Assembly (NCBI GenBank): GCA_037444405.1 | Contig: JBBIML010000006.1 | Location: 1-64,000 of the forward strand | Length of the DNA: 64,000 nucleotides | Origin: Armatimonadota bacterium | GTDB lineage: Bacteria > Armatimonadota > Fimbriimonadia > Fimbriimonadales > GBS-DC | Direction: 5' to 3' | In this document: positions 36,507 through 47,001 of the stretch, in pieces | How positions within the stretch are numbered: the first letter of the stretch is position 1 | Layout of the letters: the number at the start of each line of letters is the position of its first letter | Notes under the pieces: generated by a model | Seen by the model: the letters and a program-made list of their open reading frames with translations, nothing else | Told to the model about the DNA's origin: nothing | Databases searched by the model: none | Made by a program: the position numbers and the translations under genes

Positions 36507-37904
36507 CTACAACTGCTGTGTCCACTGGAGCCACCAGCCGCAGCGGGCGTCGGGCAGGCTGCTATCGCGCAGGTGGCGCGTGCGGTAGCGCAGGCTGATC
36601 AGCCCGTTCGGGGCAATCTGATAGCCCAGCTGCAGGTCGAACTGGTAGCCGCGCTCGCCCGGCAGCCAGTCGTGGAACCGTCCGATGTTAATGCCTTCCG
36701 CCGCGATGAGCCAGCGGTCGCGCTCCCATTCAAAGCGGGCGTAAAGTCCGCGCCGATTGGAGCCGAAGGGATGCCCCATCGGCAGGCTCTGGTAGGTGTA
36801 GGCATAGCGGGGGTCGTGCCCCGCCGCGCCGTAGGTGCCGCCGTTATCGGTGCCGTCGGTCAGCACGCCTTCGAGAATGAGGCGCGTGTCGGGCGTCGGC
36901 TTGATGCGAATTCCGACCAGCGTGGCGACCTTGCGCGGTGTGTTCGCGCCGCGACCGCCCAGAAAGTCGGGCGCACGAATGTCATCGATCAGCCAGAACA
37001 GGTAGAGGCGATCGGTCTCGTTCAGCCGATAGGTGATGCCTATCTCCGCCAGATAGTTGAACCATCCAGAGCCAATCTCGGCGCGGCTCATCCACTTCTG
37101 ATAGAGGTAGTAGGGCACGATCTGGCTGACCGCGCCGTCGGGCAGGCGCAGGGCTTTGAACGCCTCCGCCAGTGAGAGGCTCCAGCGCGAGCCGAGCGAG
37201 CGACTGAATCGCCGTCCGCCCCACCAGACCGTCTGACCGTCCTGCTCGAACTGCGCGAAGAACTGTTCGAACTGCCATTCGCCGAGGAGGGGCAGTCGCA
37301 TGGGGAAGGCGACGCGGGCGTAAGGCACGGGGGGCATGGCGTCGTTGATGAGCAGGGCGCCGCTGTAGCCGCCTGCCCAGCGCAGGTTCGCGCGACCCAG
37401 TTGCCATTCCCCGTCGCCCGTGCGGAAGGTGAGGCGGGCAAGCGGTACGGTATCGAAGGCGGCGGGGTTTGTGCCCTCGCGCCGTGCCGAGTCGCTTGCC
37501 ACCACCTCCAGCAGCGCCTGCTCGCCCAGTGCGAACAGCCCCACCAGGCGATAGATGCCCCTTGCGGCAGTTGCCCAATCACTATCGGTCGGATAGCCAA
37601 AGCCGTCCAGCGTGAGAAGCAGTGCGCCCCGTTGCGGCGATAAGCGCTCCGCCTGCCGCAGACGCCACTGGAGGATGGCAAAAGCGACATCTGCCCCCTC
37701 ATCCGTACCCTCTTCCCCGCTGGGGGAGAGGGGTTTGATGATTCGCAGAAATTCGTCCATGCTTCGGGGGACGCGGGCGAGCGTGGAGGGCGCGCGGGTT
37801 CTGTGCGTTAGCAGGTCATAGAGCGGGTCATCCCGAACGGGCAGCTGCTGGGCGAGAGCCGACAGCAGTGGCATCAGGGCAAGCGTTGCAACGCCGCGCT
37901 TCAC
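36507..37904 (-). CDS. Capsule assembly Wzi-like outer membrane protein
   Basis: Signal peptide, 'GR.NLRW.GG.SG.LLI', 'Y.Y...PMGHP.G'. Overlaps capD. Confidence 0.65.
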   Translation of the reverse strand: MKRGVATLALMPLLSALAQQLPVRDDPLYDLLTHRTRAPSTLARVPRSMDEFLRIIKPLSPSGEEGTDEGADVAFAILQWRLRQAERLSPQRGALLLTLDGFGYPTDSDWATAARGIYRLVGLFALGEQALLEVVASDSARREGTNPAAFDTVPLARLTFRTGDGEWQLGRANLRWAGGYSGALLINDAMPPVPYARVAFPMRLPLLGEWQFEQFFAQFEQDGQTVWWGGRRFSRSLGSRWSLSLAEAFKALRLPDGAVSQIVPYYLYQKWMSRAEIGSGWFNYLAEIGITYRLNETDRLYLFWLIDDIRAPDFLGGRGANTPRKVATLVGIRIKPTPDTRLILEGVLTDGTDNGGTYGAAGHDPRYAYTYQSLPMGHPFGSNRRGLYARFEWERDRWLIAAEGINIGRFHDWLPGERGYQFDLQLGYQIAPNGLISLRYRTRHLRDSSLPDARCGWWLQWTQQL

Positions 37905-39808
37905 GCCTGCACCACCCCACGCCCCGACATGGGCGGCACGCGCCGACCCGTCGCCAGCTCCATCAGGAAGGCGCGCGCTTCATCGGCACGCTCCTTATCG
38001 CACAGCTCCATCAGCATCTCCAGCTGACCCCGCAGCCAGTCCCAGTCGGGTGCATCCCCGTTGCGCACGCGCCGAATCTTCTCATGCACCGTCGGCTCCA
38101 GGTCCTCTTCCGAATAGTGCAGTTCCTCGTGCAGCTTCTCGCCAGGGCGCATGCCCGTGAACACAATCTTGATGTCCTTTTCGGGCACCAGCCCGTAGAG
38201 GCGGATGAGGTCGTACGCCATATCCAGAATGCGGATAGGCTCGCCCATATCCAGAATGAAGATGTCGCCTTTGCTGGGCAGTGCGCCCGCGAGCAGCACC
38301 AGATGCACCGCTTCCGAGATGCTCATGAAGTAGCGGCGCATCTCGGGATGGGTGATGCGCACGGGACCACCCTTTTCGATCTGCATCTGCAGAGTCGGGA
38401 TGACGCTCCCGCGACTGCCCAGCACATTGCCGAACCGCACAATCGCGAACTCGGTCTGGCTCTGGTGCGCGAGCGCGCTGATAATCATCTCGCCGACGCG
38501 CTTGGTCGCGCCCATGATGCTGACGGGCTTGACCGCCTTATCGGTGGAGATGTAGACGAACTTGCGCACGCCGTGCCGCACCGATTCCTCCGCCATCACC
38601 CACGCGCCCAGCACATTGTTTTTGATGGCTTCGATGGGATTGCTTTCCATCAGGGGTACATGTTTGTGCGCGGCGGTGTGGAACACGAGCGTGGGCTGTT
38701 CCTGCCGCATGATGCTGGCGATGCGGGTGGCGTCGCGCACATCGGCAATCACGCAGCGGGGTTCGTAGCCGAAGTCGGCGATCATCTCCTGCTCCACCTG
38801 ATAGATGCTGTTTTCGCCCTTGCCCAGCAGGATGAGGCTGGCGGGACCGACCTGCACCACCTGACGCGCCAGCTCGCTGCCGATGGAGCCGCCCGCGCCC
38901 GTGATCAGCACCCGCTCGCCCTCCACATAGTCAGAGACGGCTTTCATCTTGAAGACCACTGGCTCACGGCGGAGCAGGTCTTCGATGTTCACCTCCCGAA
39001 TCTGGGCGAGTTGCACTCCATGCTCAAACACGGCGGGGATGGAGGGCAGGATGCGCACGCGCGCGCTGGTGCGCCGACACAGCTCAAAGATGCGCCGAAT
39101 CACCCCCCCCGGGGCGGAAGGGATCGCAATAATAATATCCTGCACCCGATGCTCTTCCACAAGGCGCGGGATGTCGGCGGTTGTGCCCAGGCAGGGATAG
39201 CCGTGAATGCTGGTATGCCGCTTGGCGTGATTGTCGTCCACGAAGCCAATAACGCGATAGCCACTATTCGGGTTGCGGCGGGTTTCCCGCATCAGCATCT
39301 CGCCTGCATCGCCACCGCCGACAATAAGCGTCGTGCGCTGGGTCAGCTCGGAGCCTGCGCCTGAGCGATGCCACTCGTAAAGGCGGCGCCACACCCGCGG
39401 CGCAACCAGCGCGCCCGTCGCGAGACCCCCAAACAACACTGGCTCCGCCCAGCGCAGCTCACGCTGAAACAGGGAACTGCCAAGCAGTGCCAGCGCCAGC
39501 TCCGCCAGAGTGATAACCGCGCCCACCTGCAGGAGGTTAACCACATCCGACAGCCCGATGTAGCGGCTATGCACGCGGTGCAGGCGCTTGCCAAACAGCA
39601 GGAGAATGGTCAGCACGGATAGCAGCGGCGCCGCGCCTGATAAAAAGAGTCGGTCCGCCGACTCAAGGCGAAAGTTGCCTGCCAGCCCAACCGTTAGTAG
39701 CAGAGCCGAACCGACCAGCAGCCCATCCATGAACGCAACCCCGGCGACACGCCCGTACACGGCGCCGCGCTCGTGCCAGAGCTGCTCCAAACGCTCGCTC
39801 AACCTCAA
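37901..39808 (-). CDS. Polysaccharide biosynthesis nucleotide-sugar dehydratase (CapD/WbpM/PglF family)
   Basis: Four N-terminal TMs, IEDLL.R, TGAGGSIGSEL, AAHKHVP, STDKAV, RFGNVLGSRGSV, GMRPGEKL.E. Confidence 0.93.
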   Translation of the reverse strand: MRLSERLEQLWHERGAVYGRVAGVAFMDGLLVGSALLLTVGLAGNFRLESADRLFLSGAAPLLSVLTILLLFGKRLHRVHSRYIGLSDVVNLLQVGAVITLAELALALLGSSLFQRELRWAEPVLFGGLATGALVAPRVWRRLYEWHRSGAGSELTQRTTLIVGGGDAGEMLMRETRRNPNSGYRVIGFVDDNHAKRHTSIHGYPCLGTTADIPRLVEEHRVQDIIIAIPSAPGGVIRRIFELCRRTSARVRILPSIPAVFEHGVQLAQIREVNIEDLLRREPVVFKMKAVSDYVEGERVLITGAGGSIGSELARQVVQVGPASLILLGKGENSIYQVEQEMIADFGYEPRCVIADVRDATRIASIMRQEQPTLVFHTAAHKHVPLMESNPIEAIKNNVLGAWVMAEESVRHGVRKFVYISTDKAVKPVSIMGATKRVGEMIISALAHQSQTEFAIVRFGNVLGSRGSVIPTLQMQIEKGGPVRITHPEMRRYFMSISEAVHLVLLAGALPSKGDIFILDMGEPIRILDMAYDLIRLYGLVPEKDIKIVFTGMRPGEKLHEELHYSEEDLEPTVHEKIRRVRNGDAPDWDWLRGQLEMLMELCDKERADEARAFLMELATGRRVPPMSGRGVVQA

Positions 39809-39942
39809 TTTCTCCCTCCGTAGATTCCGCTCCAGCTCAGATTCCTGCCCCTGAGCTGACGACTTCCCTTCCGAACACCTTCAGTATACCCAACCCAATA
39901 GATAGACGCTCATGCGCCCTGAATCGGTTTGCCTTCAGTCGG

Positions 39943-40851
39943 TCAGCTCTCGAGCTGCTGGAAGAAGGCGGGCTGGTCGCGCCAGCGCTCGCGCACCTTG
40001 ACCCACAGCTCCAGATAGATCCGCCGCCCCAGCCACAGCTCCAGCTCCTCCCGCGCCTGCTGACCAATCTTCTTGAGCATTCTACCCTTCTCGCCAATCA
40101 CGATGCCTTTGTGCGATTCGCGCTCCACATAGATGGTGGCGCTGATAACCAGCACGCCGTTGGGCTGTTCCACCCAGCGTTCGATGGCGACGCCAATCCC
40201 GTACGGCACCTCCTGATAGGTGTTGAGCAGCACCTTCTCGCGAATGATCTCGGCTGCGAACAGGCGTTCCGGCTGGTCGGTGATCTGGTCAGGCGGGAAG
40301 AAGGGCGGATTGGGCGGTAGATGTTTGAGAATCATCGCCAGCAGTTTGTCGCAGTTGTGCCCTTTGACAGCGTTGGTCATCATCCAGTCGGCATGCTGCG
40401 GCACCAGCTGCCAGTAGGCTTCGGTGTGGGGCTTGACCTTTTCGGGCGGGAGCTGATCCATCTTATTCAGCACCAGGATAATAGGCACGCGCGCCTCCTT
40501 CTGCAGTATCTGGGCAATCTGTTCGTCCTCGGCGCTGGGTGGGCGCGACACATCACAGACGAACAGGATCAGGTCGGCGTCGGGCAGGGAGCCGAGCGCC
40601 GCCTCCACCATCTGCTCGCCCAGTTTGTATTTGGGCTTGTGGATGCCGGGCGTGTCCACGAACACGATCTGGGCGTCGGGCAGATTGGCGATGCCCAGGA
40701 TTCGGCGGCGGGTGGTCTGGGGGCGCGGTGAGACGATGCTCACTTTCCGCCCCACGAAGTGGTTGACCAGGGTGCTTTTGCCCACATTCGGCTTGCCGAT
40801 GACCGCCACGAAGCCCGCGCGGAAATCGGAAGCGGTATTTGGCTCGCTCAT
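39943..40851 (-). CDS. era: GTPase Era
   Basis: GKPNVGKST, QTTR, DTPG, NKMD, EVPY, KH domain VIGEKG. Confidence 0.96.
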   Translation of the reverse strand: MSEPNTASDFRAGFVAVIGKPNVGKSTLVNHFVGRKVSIVSPRPQTTRRRILGIANLPDAQIVFVDTPGIHKPKYKLGEQMVEAALGSLPDADLILFVCDVSRPPSAEDEQIAQILQKEARVPIILVLNKMDQLPPEKVKPHTEAYWQLVPQHADWMMTNAVKGHNCDKLLAMILKHLPPNPPFFPPDQITDQPERLFAAEIIREKVLLNTYQEVPYGIGVAIERWVEQPNGVLVISATIYVERESHKGIVIGEKGRMLKKIGQQAREELELWLGRRIYLELWVKVRERWRDQPAFFQQLES

Positions 40852-41417
40852 TGCGCTGTCCCTTCGGTGTGGGTCTCCCGCTCGTGCGCGCACGATTCGG
40901 GGGCGCGGTCGGTGCGGGCGATATAGCGCTCCAGATCGCGCAGGTCGTGGAAGTGGATGCCCGTCGCGTTGCGCAGCTCGCGAGCGGTCATCTCCGGGTG
41001 GGCGAACACCAGCACCCGCTTGCCCTTCGCCCGCAATGCCTCCACCACCCGCTCGAAGTTGCCATCGCCGCTGAAGATGGCGCACACATCGTAGTGATCC
41101 AGCGTCAGCATCATGTCGAGCGTCATATCGACGGTCAGCTCCACGCGCTCCCAGGGCGGCTCGTCGCGCGTCTCACAGCAGCCCTTGATGGGTCGCGCCC
41201 GCACCACATAGCCCGAATGGAGCAGATAGTCGTGAAAGGTCGCGTCGCGCCCCCGCATGGTCGGGTCGAACGCCGTGTAGTAGAAGGCGTCCGCGACCTG
41301 CATGCCCAGATTCGTGCGAAAGTAGCACAGCAGCCGACGATAGTCCAGAAACCAGCCCAACCGCTTCTGGGCATAATACATATTCGCGCCATCCACAAAG
41401 ATCGAAACACGCTCCAC
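40848..41417 (-). CDS. NYN (LabA/DUF88) domain protein
   Basis: IFVDGANM, VD..LD, FSGDGNF, 'ELRNA...F.DL'. AGGAGG RBS with GTG start. Confidence 0.88.
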   Translation of the reverse strand: MERVSIFVDGANMYYAQKRLGWFLDYRRLLCYFRTNLGMQVADAFYYTAFDPTMRGRDATFHDYLLHSGYVVRARPIKGCCETRDEPPWERVELTVDMTLDMMLTLDHYDVCAIFSGDGNFERVVEALRAKGKRVLVFAHPEMTARELRNATGIHFHDLRDLERYIARTDRAPESCAHERETHTEGTAQ

Positions 41418-41534
41418 CAGAAAGCACCTCCTGCCAGGTGATATAAAGATACCCACTCTGTCGCGCCTCTCCTGCTCGATAAAGGGCACAGAACAGCTCA
41501 ATCTTGAAACGGGTATACTGATTCCAATCCCGAG

Positions 41535-42698
41535 ATGAAGGTGTTCACGGCAGATCGGGCGGTGGTGGCGCTGGGGGAGATCAGCGGGCGCGTTCGGGTG
41601 GATGAGCGCACGAAGCGGCTGGTGCAGCGCCTGCGCAAAGGCGAGATCGCCGTTATTGCCCATCGCGATATCGATGTGCTGGCGGCGCGCGCATTAATTG
41701 AACGCGCGCCCCGCGCCGTCATCAACGCTGAACCCTCCTTCACGGGGCGGTTCCCCACCTATGGCGCCCTGCTGATTCTTCAGGCGGGTATCCCGATTCT
41801 GGACAGGGTGGGGCACGCCTTCTTTGAAGCGGTGTCGGAGGGTCAGCGGGTGCGAATCGTGGGCAGTCGCGTGATCGCCGAGAATGGCGTCGAGGCGCAG
41901 GGCGTGTGGCTGGACACGGACGCGCTTCAGCGCGAGATCGAAGCCACCCGGGAGCGATTGAGCGTGGAACTGCAGGCGTTCGCTGCCAACACGCTGGAGT
42001 ATCTCCAGCACGAGTGGAAGCTGTTGCTGGAGCCGCTGGCGCTGCCCGCGCTGCGCACACCCATTCGCGGCCGGCATGCGGTGGTGGTGGTGCGCGGGCG
42101 CAACTACGAGCGCGACCTGGACGCACTGCGGGCGTACCTGCGTGAAACACGCCCTGTGCTGATCGCGGTGGACGGCGCCGCCGACGCCTTACTGCAACGC
42201 GGGCTGAAACCCCATATCATCATTGGGGATATGGACAGCGTGTCGGAGCGGGCGCTGCGCTGCGGAGCGGAGCTGATCGCGCATGGCTATGTGGACGCCG
42301 ACCGCCCCTCGCCGGGCTGGGAACGGTGTCAGCAGCTGGGTCTATCGGCGCACCTGCTGCGCGCGCCCGGCACCAGCGAGGATGTCGCCATGCTGCTGGC
42401 GTACGAATCGGGCGCGGAACTCATCGTGGCGGTCGGCAGCCATTTCAGCCTGGAGGAGTTTCTGGAGAGGGGGCGAGCGGGCATGGCGTCCACGATGCTC
42501 ACCCGCATGAAGGTCGGCTCGCGACTGGTGGACGCCAAGGGAGTAAGCCTGCTGTTCCAGTCGCGTCGGTCGATGGGCGCGCTGGTGTGGCTCTTTCTGG
42601 CGGCGCTGGCGCCCATCGTCGTCGCGATCGCCCTCTCGCCCACGGGACGCTTCCTGCTCAAACTCATCCGCACCTGGTGGCGCGTCTGGTTCGGATAA
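41535..42698 (+). CDS. steA: SteA-like protein (thiamine pyrophosphokinase-like domain, C-terminal TM)
   Basis: RTKRLV.RL..G.IAVI.H.DID, VDGAADAL, GDMDSVS, GTSED, GMAST..TR.KVG..LVDAKGVS. Confidence 0.82.
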   Translation: MKVFTADRAVVALGEISGRVRVDERTKRLVQRLRKGEIAVIAHRDIDVLAARALIERAPRAVINAEPSFTGRFPTYGALLILQAGIPILDRVGHAFFEAVSEGQRVRIVGSRVIAENGVEAQGVWLDTDALQREIEATRERLSVELQAFAANTLEYLQHEWKLLLEPLALPALRTPIRGRHAVVVVRGRNYERDLDALRAYLRETRPVLIAVDGAADALLQRGLKPHIIIGDMDSVSERALRCGAELIAHGYVDADRPSPGWERCQQLGLSAHLLRAPGTSEDVAMLLAYESGAELIVAVGSHFSLEEFLERGRAGMASTMLTRMKVGSRLVDAKGVSLLFQSRRSMGALVWLFLAALAPIVVAIALSPTGRFLLKLIRTWWRVWFG

Positions 42699-42706
42699 GC
42701 GCAACG

Positions 42707-44422
42707 ATGCCAAAGCCAATCCCCTTTGACAGTTTAAGCCTCTATGCGGTGCTGACCGAGTGCCGCGTGCTGATAGGCGGGCGGTTGCAGGAGATACGCC
42801 AGCCTGAGCCGCTAACGATTGTGCTGCACCTTTATGCCCATCGGCAGGAGCATCGGCTGCTGATCTCGGCAGACCCGCAGTTTGCCCGCATGCACCTGAT
42901 CACGCGCCGCTTGCCCAACGCGCCGACGCCGCCCCCCTTCTGCCAGAGCCTGCGCAAGCATCTGGAGGGCGCAACCCTGCGCGCCCTCTATCAGGTCGGG
43001 TTCGACCGTATCGTGCAGATGGAGTTCGAAACGCGCGAGGGTGTCTATCGGCTGATTATCGAGCTGATGGGCAAGCATTCGAACATCTTTCTGGTGCATG
43101 GCACGGGCTTGATTCAGAGCGCGCTCAAGTGGGTGTCGCCGCGCCAGAGCCAGAGTCGCCCGATTCGGTCAGGCGAACCATATCGGTTGCCGCCCACGCG
43201 CGTCGAGGGCTTGCTCAATCTGCTGCTGATGAGCGATTCGGAGTGGCACGCGCTCTGGACGCGCCCGCAGTCGGAGCCAGAGCGCGACTGGGGCGCATTT
43301 ATTGAGGGGCTGAGTCGGTTCACGGCGGGCGAGCTGGAGCAGCGGGCGCAGGCGGCGGGTCCGGAGGGGCTGCTGGAGTGGGCGCATGCGGTGCGCGAGG
43401 CACGCTGGTCGCCCGTGCTGGTGCGCGAGCCGTCCAGCGGGCGGGCGCTGGGCGCGTACCCACTCCCCTGCTCCCAGCTCCCGCGCGAATGGCAACACCC
43501 GCGCACCAGCGTCAACCTCGCGTGGGAGCAGGCGTTCAACGAGCGCATCGAGCGCGCGACCGCCGAATCGCTGCACGCTACTCTGCAGCCTGCCCTGCAG
43601 CGCGCCCTGCAGGCACGCGAACGCGCGATCGCCGACCTGCAAAACGCCCTGCAGGAGAGCCAGCAGGCGGACCGCTACCAGCTGATGGGCGAGCTGATAC
43701 TGGCGTTCGGGCACAGCCTGCCGCCAGGGAGCGAACGACTGCTCGCGCCCGACTACACCCATCCCGATATGCCCCTGATCGAGATACCGCTCGATCCAGC
43801 AAAGAGCCTTGCCGAGAACGCCCAGCGCTACTTTGAGAAAGCGCGCCGCGCCCGCCAGAATCGGGGCGGGCTGCAGGCGCGGCTGCAGACGCTGTTAACC
43901 GAGCGCGAGTCGATTCGCCACGCGCTGGAGCAACTTCAATCAGTGAGTTCCGACACAGGCACATTGCAGTCCCTGCTGGAGACGGCACGGCGCAACGGCT
44001 GGCTGCGCGAGATTCCTGCCGAGCGCCCCTCCACCCGCGCCGAAAAAGACCCCTTCGAAGGGCACAAAATCGGCGTCTACACCAGCCCCGACGGCTACAC
44101 CATCCTGGTGGGCGAGACGGCAGATGCCAATGACTTCCTGCTCACGCGCGTCGCCCGCCCGAACGACTGGTGGCTGCATGTGCGCACGGGCACCGGCGCC
44201 CATGTGATTATCCGCACCGATGGGCGTCCAGAGCGCGTGCCGCGCCGCACGCTGGAGTATGCCGCCCAGCTCGCCGCCCAGCACAGCGCCGATCGCCACG
44301 CCAGCATCGTGGAGGTCGACTACACCCTGCGCAAATATGTGCGCAAGCCGCGCAACGCGCCCCCCGGCTTCGCCCTCTACACCCACGAGAAAACGCTCGC
44401 CGTGCGACCCAGTAGCTCGTAG
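42707..44422 (+). CDS. rqcH: Ribosome quality control protein RqcH (NFACT/FbpA)
   Basis: F...LRKHL, DRI, ELMGKHSN, NAQRYF, W.H....G.HV, VDYT..KYVRKP. Confidence 0.9.
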   Translation: MPKPIPFDSLSLYAVLTECRVLIGGRLQEIRQPEPLTIVLHLYAHRQEHRLLISADPQFARMHLITRRLPNAPTPPPFCQSLRKHLEGATLRALYQVGFDRIVQMEFETREGVYRLIIELMGKHSNIFLVHGTGLIQSALKWVSPRQSQSRPIRSGEPYRLPPTRVEGLLNLLLMSDSEWHALWTRPQSEPERDWGAFIEGLSRFTAGELEQRAQAAGPEGLLEWAHAVREARWSPVLVREPSSGRALGAYPLPCSQLPREWQHPRTSVNLAWEQAFNERIERATAESLHATLQPALQRALQARERAIADLQNALQESQQADRYQLMGELILAFGHSLPPGSERLLAPDYTHPDMPLIEIPLDPAKSLAENAQRYFEKARRARQNRGGLQARLQTLLTERESIRHALEQLQSVSSDTGTLQSLLETARRNGWLREIPAERPSTRAEKDPFEGHKIGVYTSPDGYTILVGETADANDFLLTRVARPNDWWLHVRTGTGAHVIIRTDGRPERVPRRTLEYAAQLAAQHSADRHASIVEVDYTLRKYVRKPRNAPPGFALYTHEKTLAVRPSSS

Positions 44423-44491
44423 CTGGGGCATCCTGCCCCAGACTCAAAGGCGAACAGGAATAGCATCGTCCGCGTCGAAAGGCATATCCGT

Positions 44492-45775
44492 ATGAGCAGA
44501 CTTTTGAGAATCGCGAACGGGCTACTCTCTGGTGCGCTAACAATAGCGGCTTTCGCCCAGCCATCGTCGTTGAGCCTTCAGGATGTGTTGCGTCGGGCGC
44601 TGCAGTATAACGGCGATATTCAGTCGGCATTAGCGCAGCAGCGGGCGGCGGAGGCGCGACTGACTGCGACCCGTGCGAGCTTATATCCCAGCTTCGCGTG
44701 GGCGAGCAGCTCCACCCGCACGCGCCTGGAACAGGGCGGTACCACCTCCGAGTTCACCCAGCGACAGGGCGCGTTTACCGTCGACTGGCTGCTGTTCGAC
44801 GCCGGTCGGCGTGAGTGGCGCATTCGTCAGGCGTCGCGCTCCAGCGAGGCGACCCGAATGACGGCGCGCGCCACCATCCGCTCGCTGCTGTTCGAGACCG
44901 CCAGCGCGTATTACGAGGTGCTGCGCCGTCAGGAGCTGCTGCGCGTGGCGGACGAGTCGGTGCAGCGGGCGCAGACCCTGCTCGATGTCGCCCGCACGCA
45001 GGCGGAGGTGGGCACCGCGCCCGCTAAAGATGTGTTGCAGGCGGAAGCCGACCTCGCCAACGCGCGCGTGCAGCAGATTCAAGCACGAAACGCGCTGCGC
45101 CTCGCCGAAGCCGACCTCAAGCGGCTCATCGGCTGGGACGCCACCCAGCCGCTGCCACCGCTCCAGCGCGTCGAAAACCCGCCTGAACTGGGTCAGCCTC
45201 CCACGCTCGCCGAACTCTGGCAAAAGGCGCTGCAACAGCGACCCGAACTGCGCAGCGCCCGGCTGAACCTGCAGATTGCCCAGCTCGGCGTTGATCTGGC
45301 GCGCGTCGACACCATCGGGCAGATGCAGGTGAGTCTGAGCGGTTTCTATGAGTATGACCCGAACCGCCGCACGCAGGGGCAGCTGCTCTTTCGACTCAGC
45401 ACGCCCATTTTTGACGGCGGGCTGGTTCGGGCGAACCTGCGCGAGGCGCAAGCCGAGTACGACAGCGCCCGCGCCCGACTCCAGCAACTGGAACGCGACC
45501 TGTACGCGGAGGTGGAGAGCGCGCTGCTGCTGCGTCAGGAGGCTGCCGAGCGGCTGGAGGCGTCAAAAGCCGCGCTCGCCGCTGCCCAGCGCAACTACGA
45601 AGCCGCGCGCGACGCCCTGCAGGAAGGCGCTGGCACCATCGTCGAAGTGCTGACCGCCCAGCTCGCGCTCGTCACCGCCGAGACCAACCTCGTGCAGGCA
45701 ATCTATGACGCCTATATCGCCGACCTGCGCCTGAAACTCGCCATCGGCGAACCCCTGCCCGAAGAGCCGCAATAG
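44492..45775 (+). CDS. TolC family outer membrane protein
   Basis: Signal peptide, two OEP repeats (LFDAG, PIFDGG), 'G..T.VEVL.AQ'. Confidence 0.9.
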   Translation: MSRLLRIANGLLSGALTIAAFAQPSSLSLQDVLRRALQYNGDIQSALAQQRAAEARLTATRASLYPSFAWASSSTRTRLEQGGTTSEFTQRQGAFTVDWLLFDAGRREWRIRQASRSSEATRMTARATIRSLLFETASAYYEVLRRQELLRVADESVQRAQTLLDVARTQAEVGTAPAKDVLQAEADLANARVQQIQARNALRLAEADLKRLIGWDATQPLPPLQRVENPPELGQPPTLAELWQKALQQRPELRSARLNLQIAQLGVDLARVDTIGQMQVSLSGFYEYDPNRRTQGQLLFRLSTPIFDGGLVRANLREAQAEYDSARARLQQLERDLYAEVESALLLRQEAAERLEASKAALAAAQRNYEAARDALQEGAGTIVEVLTAQLALVTAETNLVQAIYDAYIADLRLKLAIGEPLPEEPQ

Positions 45776-45805
45776 GCAGGAATCGACCCGCCCGCGACGA
45801 AACCT

Positions 45806-45891
45806 GTAGCACGGGCATCCTGCCCGGGAACGCGCGAGTAGGGGCGCGGTTGCCGCGCCCGTACTGCTCGTAGTTCGGGCATCCTGCCCGC
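45806..45891. repeat. GTAG-REP cluster (GGGCATCCTGCCC family)
   Basis: Three GTAG-led palindromes. Related copies at 44419-44441, 50237-50352, 55081-55106 and 56951-56975. Confidence 0.8.
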
Positions 45892-45924
45892 AGAACCAGA
45901 CCCTATCAGCGGAGGTAGGTGACG

Positions 45925-46959
45925 ATGGCAAGACCAGTAACGCTGTTCACGGGGCAATGGGCAGACCTGCCCCTGGAGACGATGGCGCAGAAAGCGAAGG
46001 CGTTCGGCTACGATGGACTCGAACTCGCCTGCTGGGGCGACCACTTCGATGTTGAGCGCGCCCTCACCGATGAGCGCTACTGCGAATCACGCTGGGAGAT
46101 TCTGACCCGCTACGGGCTGAAATGCTTCGCCATCAGCAACCATCTGGTGGGTCAGGCGGTGTGCGACCCGATAGACGAGCGCCATCGGGCGATTCTGCCC
46201 CCGCGCGTGTGGGGCGACGGCAATCCCGAGGGTGTGCGCCAGCGCGCCGCCGAAGAGATGAAGAACACTGCCCGCGCCGCCCGCCGATTCTTCAACGCCG
46301 CCCCACCAGAGGTCAAACAGCAGCTCACGCGCGTGGTGGTCAACGGCTTCACGGGCAGCAGCATCTGGCAATATCTGTACGCCTTCCCGCCGAACCCGCC
46401 CGACCTGATCGAGCGTGGCTTCCGCGATTTCGCCACCCGCTGGAAACCCATCCTCGATGTGTTCGAACAGGAAGATGTCTATTTCGCGCTGGAGGTGCAT
46501 CCGACCGAGATTGCGTTCGATATCGTGACGGCGGAGCGGGCGATTGAAGCGGTGGAGGGGCATCCGCGCTTCGGCTTCAACTACGACCCCAGCCACCTGG
46601 GCTATCAGGGCGTCGACTATGTGGCGTTCATTCGCCGGTTCCGCGACCGCATCTTCCATATGCATGTGAAGGATGTGTGGTGGTCGGATGTGCCGCGCCT
46701 GTCAGGTGTGTTCGGCGGGCATCTGAACTTCGGCGATTCGCGCCGCTTCTGGGACTTCCGCTCGCCCGGGCGCGGACGCATCAACTTTGAGGAGATTATC
46801 CGCGCGCTGAACGAGATTGGCTATCGCGGTCCGCTCTCGGTGGAGTGGGAAGACAACGGCATGGATCGCGAGCATGGGGCGCAGGAGGCGTGCCAGTTCG
46901 TGCGCCGCCTCGACTTCGAGCCGTCCCGCCAGACCTTTGAAGCCGCGTTCGAACGATAA
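45925..46959 (+). CDS. Sugar phosphate isomerase/epimerase (IolE-like TIM barrel)
   Basis: [38 protein letters not shown]. Confidence 0.9.
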   Translation: MARPVTLFTGQWADLPLETMAQKAKAFGYDGLELACWGDHFDVERALTDERYCESRWEILTRYGLKCFAISNHLVGQAVCDPIDERHRAILPPRVWGDGNPEGVRQRAAEEMKNTARAARRFFNAAPPEVKQQLTRVVVNGFTGSSIWQYLYAFPPNPPDLIERGFRDFATRWKPILDVFEQEDVYFALEVHPTEIAFDIVTAERAIEAVEGHPRFGFNYDPSHLGYQGVDYVAFIRRFRDRIFHMHVKDVWWSDVPRLSGVFGGHLNFGDSRRFWDFRSPGRGRINFEEIIRALNEIGYRGPLSVEWEDNGMDREHGAQEACQFVRRLDFEPSRQTFEAAFER

Positions 46960-46967
46960 ACCAGCAA

Positions 46968-46995
46968 CCCTCTCCCCCACCTGCGGGGGAGAGGG
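46968..46995. terminator. Hairpin between convergent genes (repeat-derived)
   Basis: CCCTCTCCCCC-ACCTGC-GGGGGAGAGGG. Confidence 0.6.
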
Positions 46996-47001
46996 AGTAA
47001 A

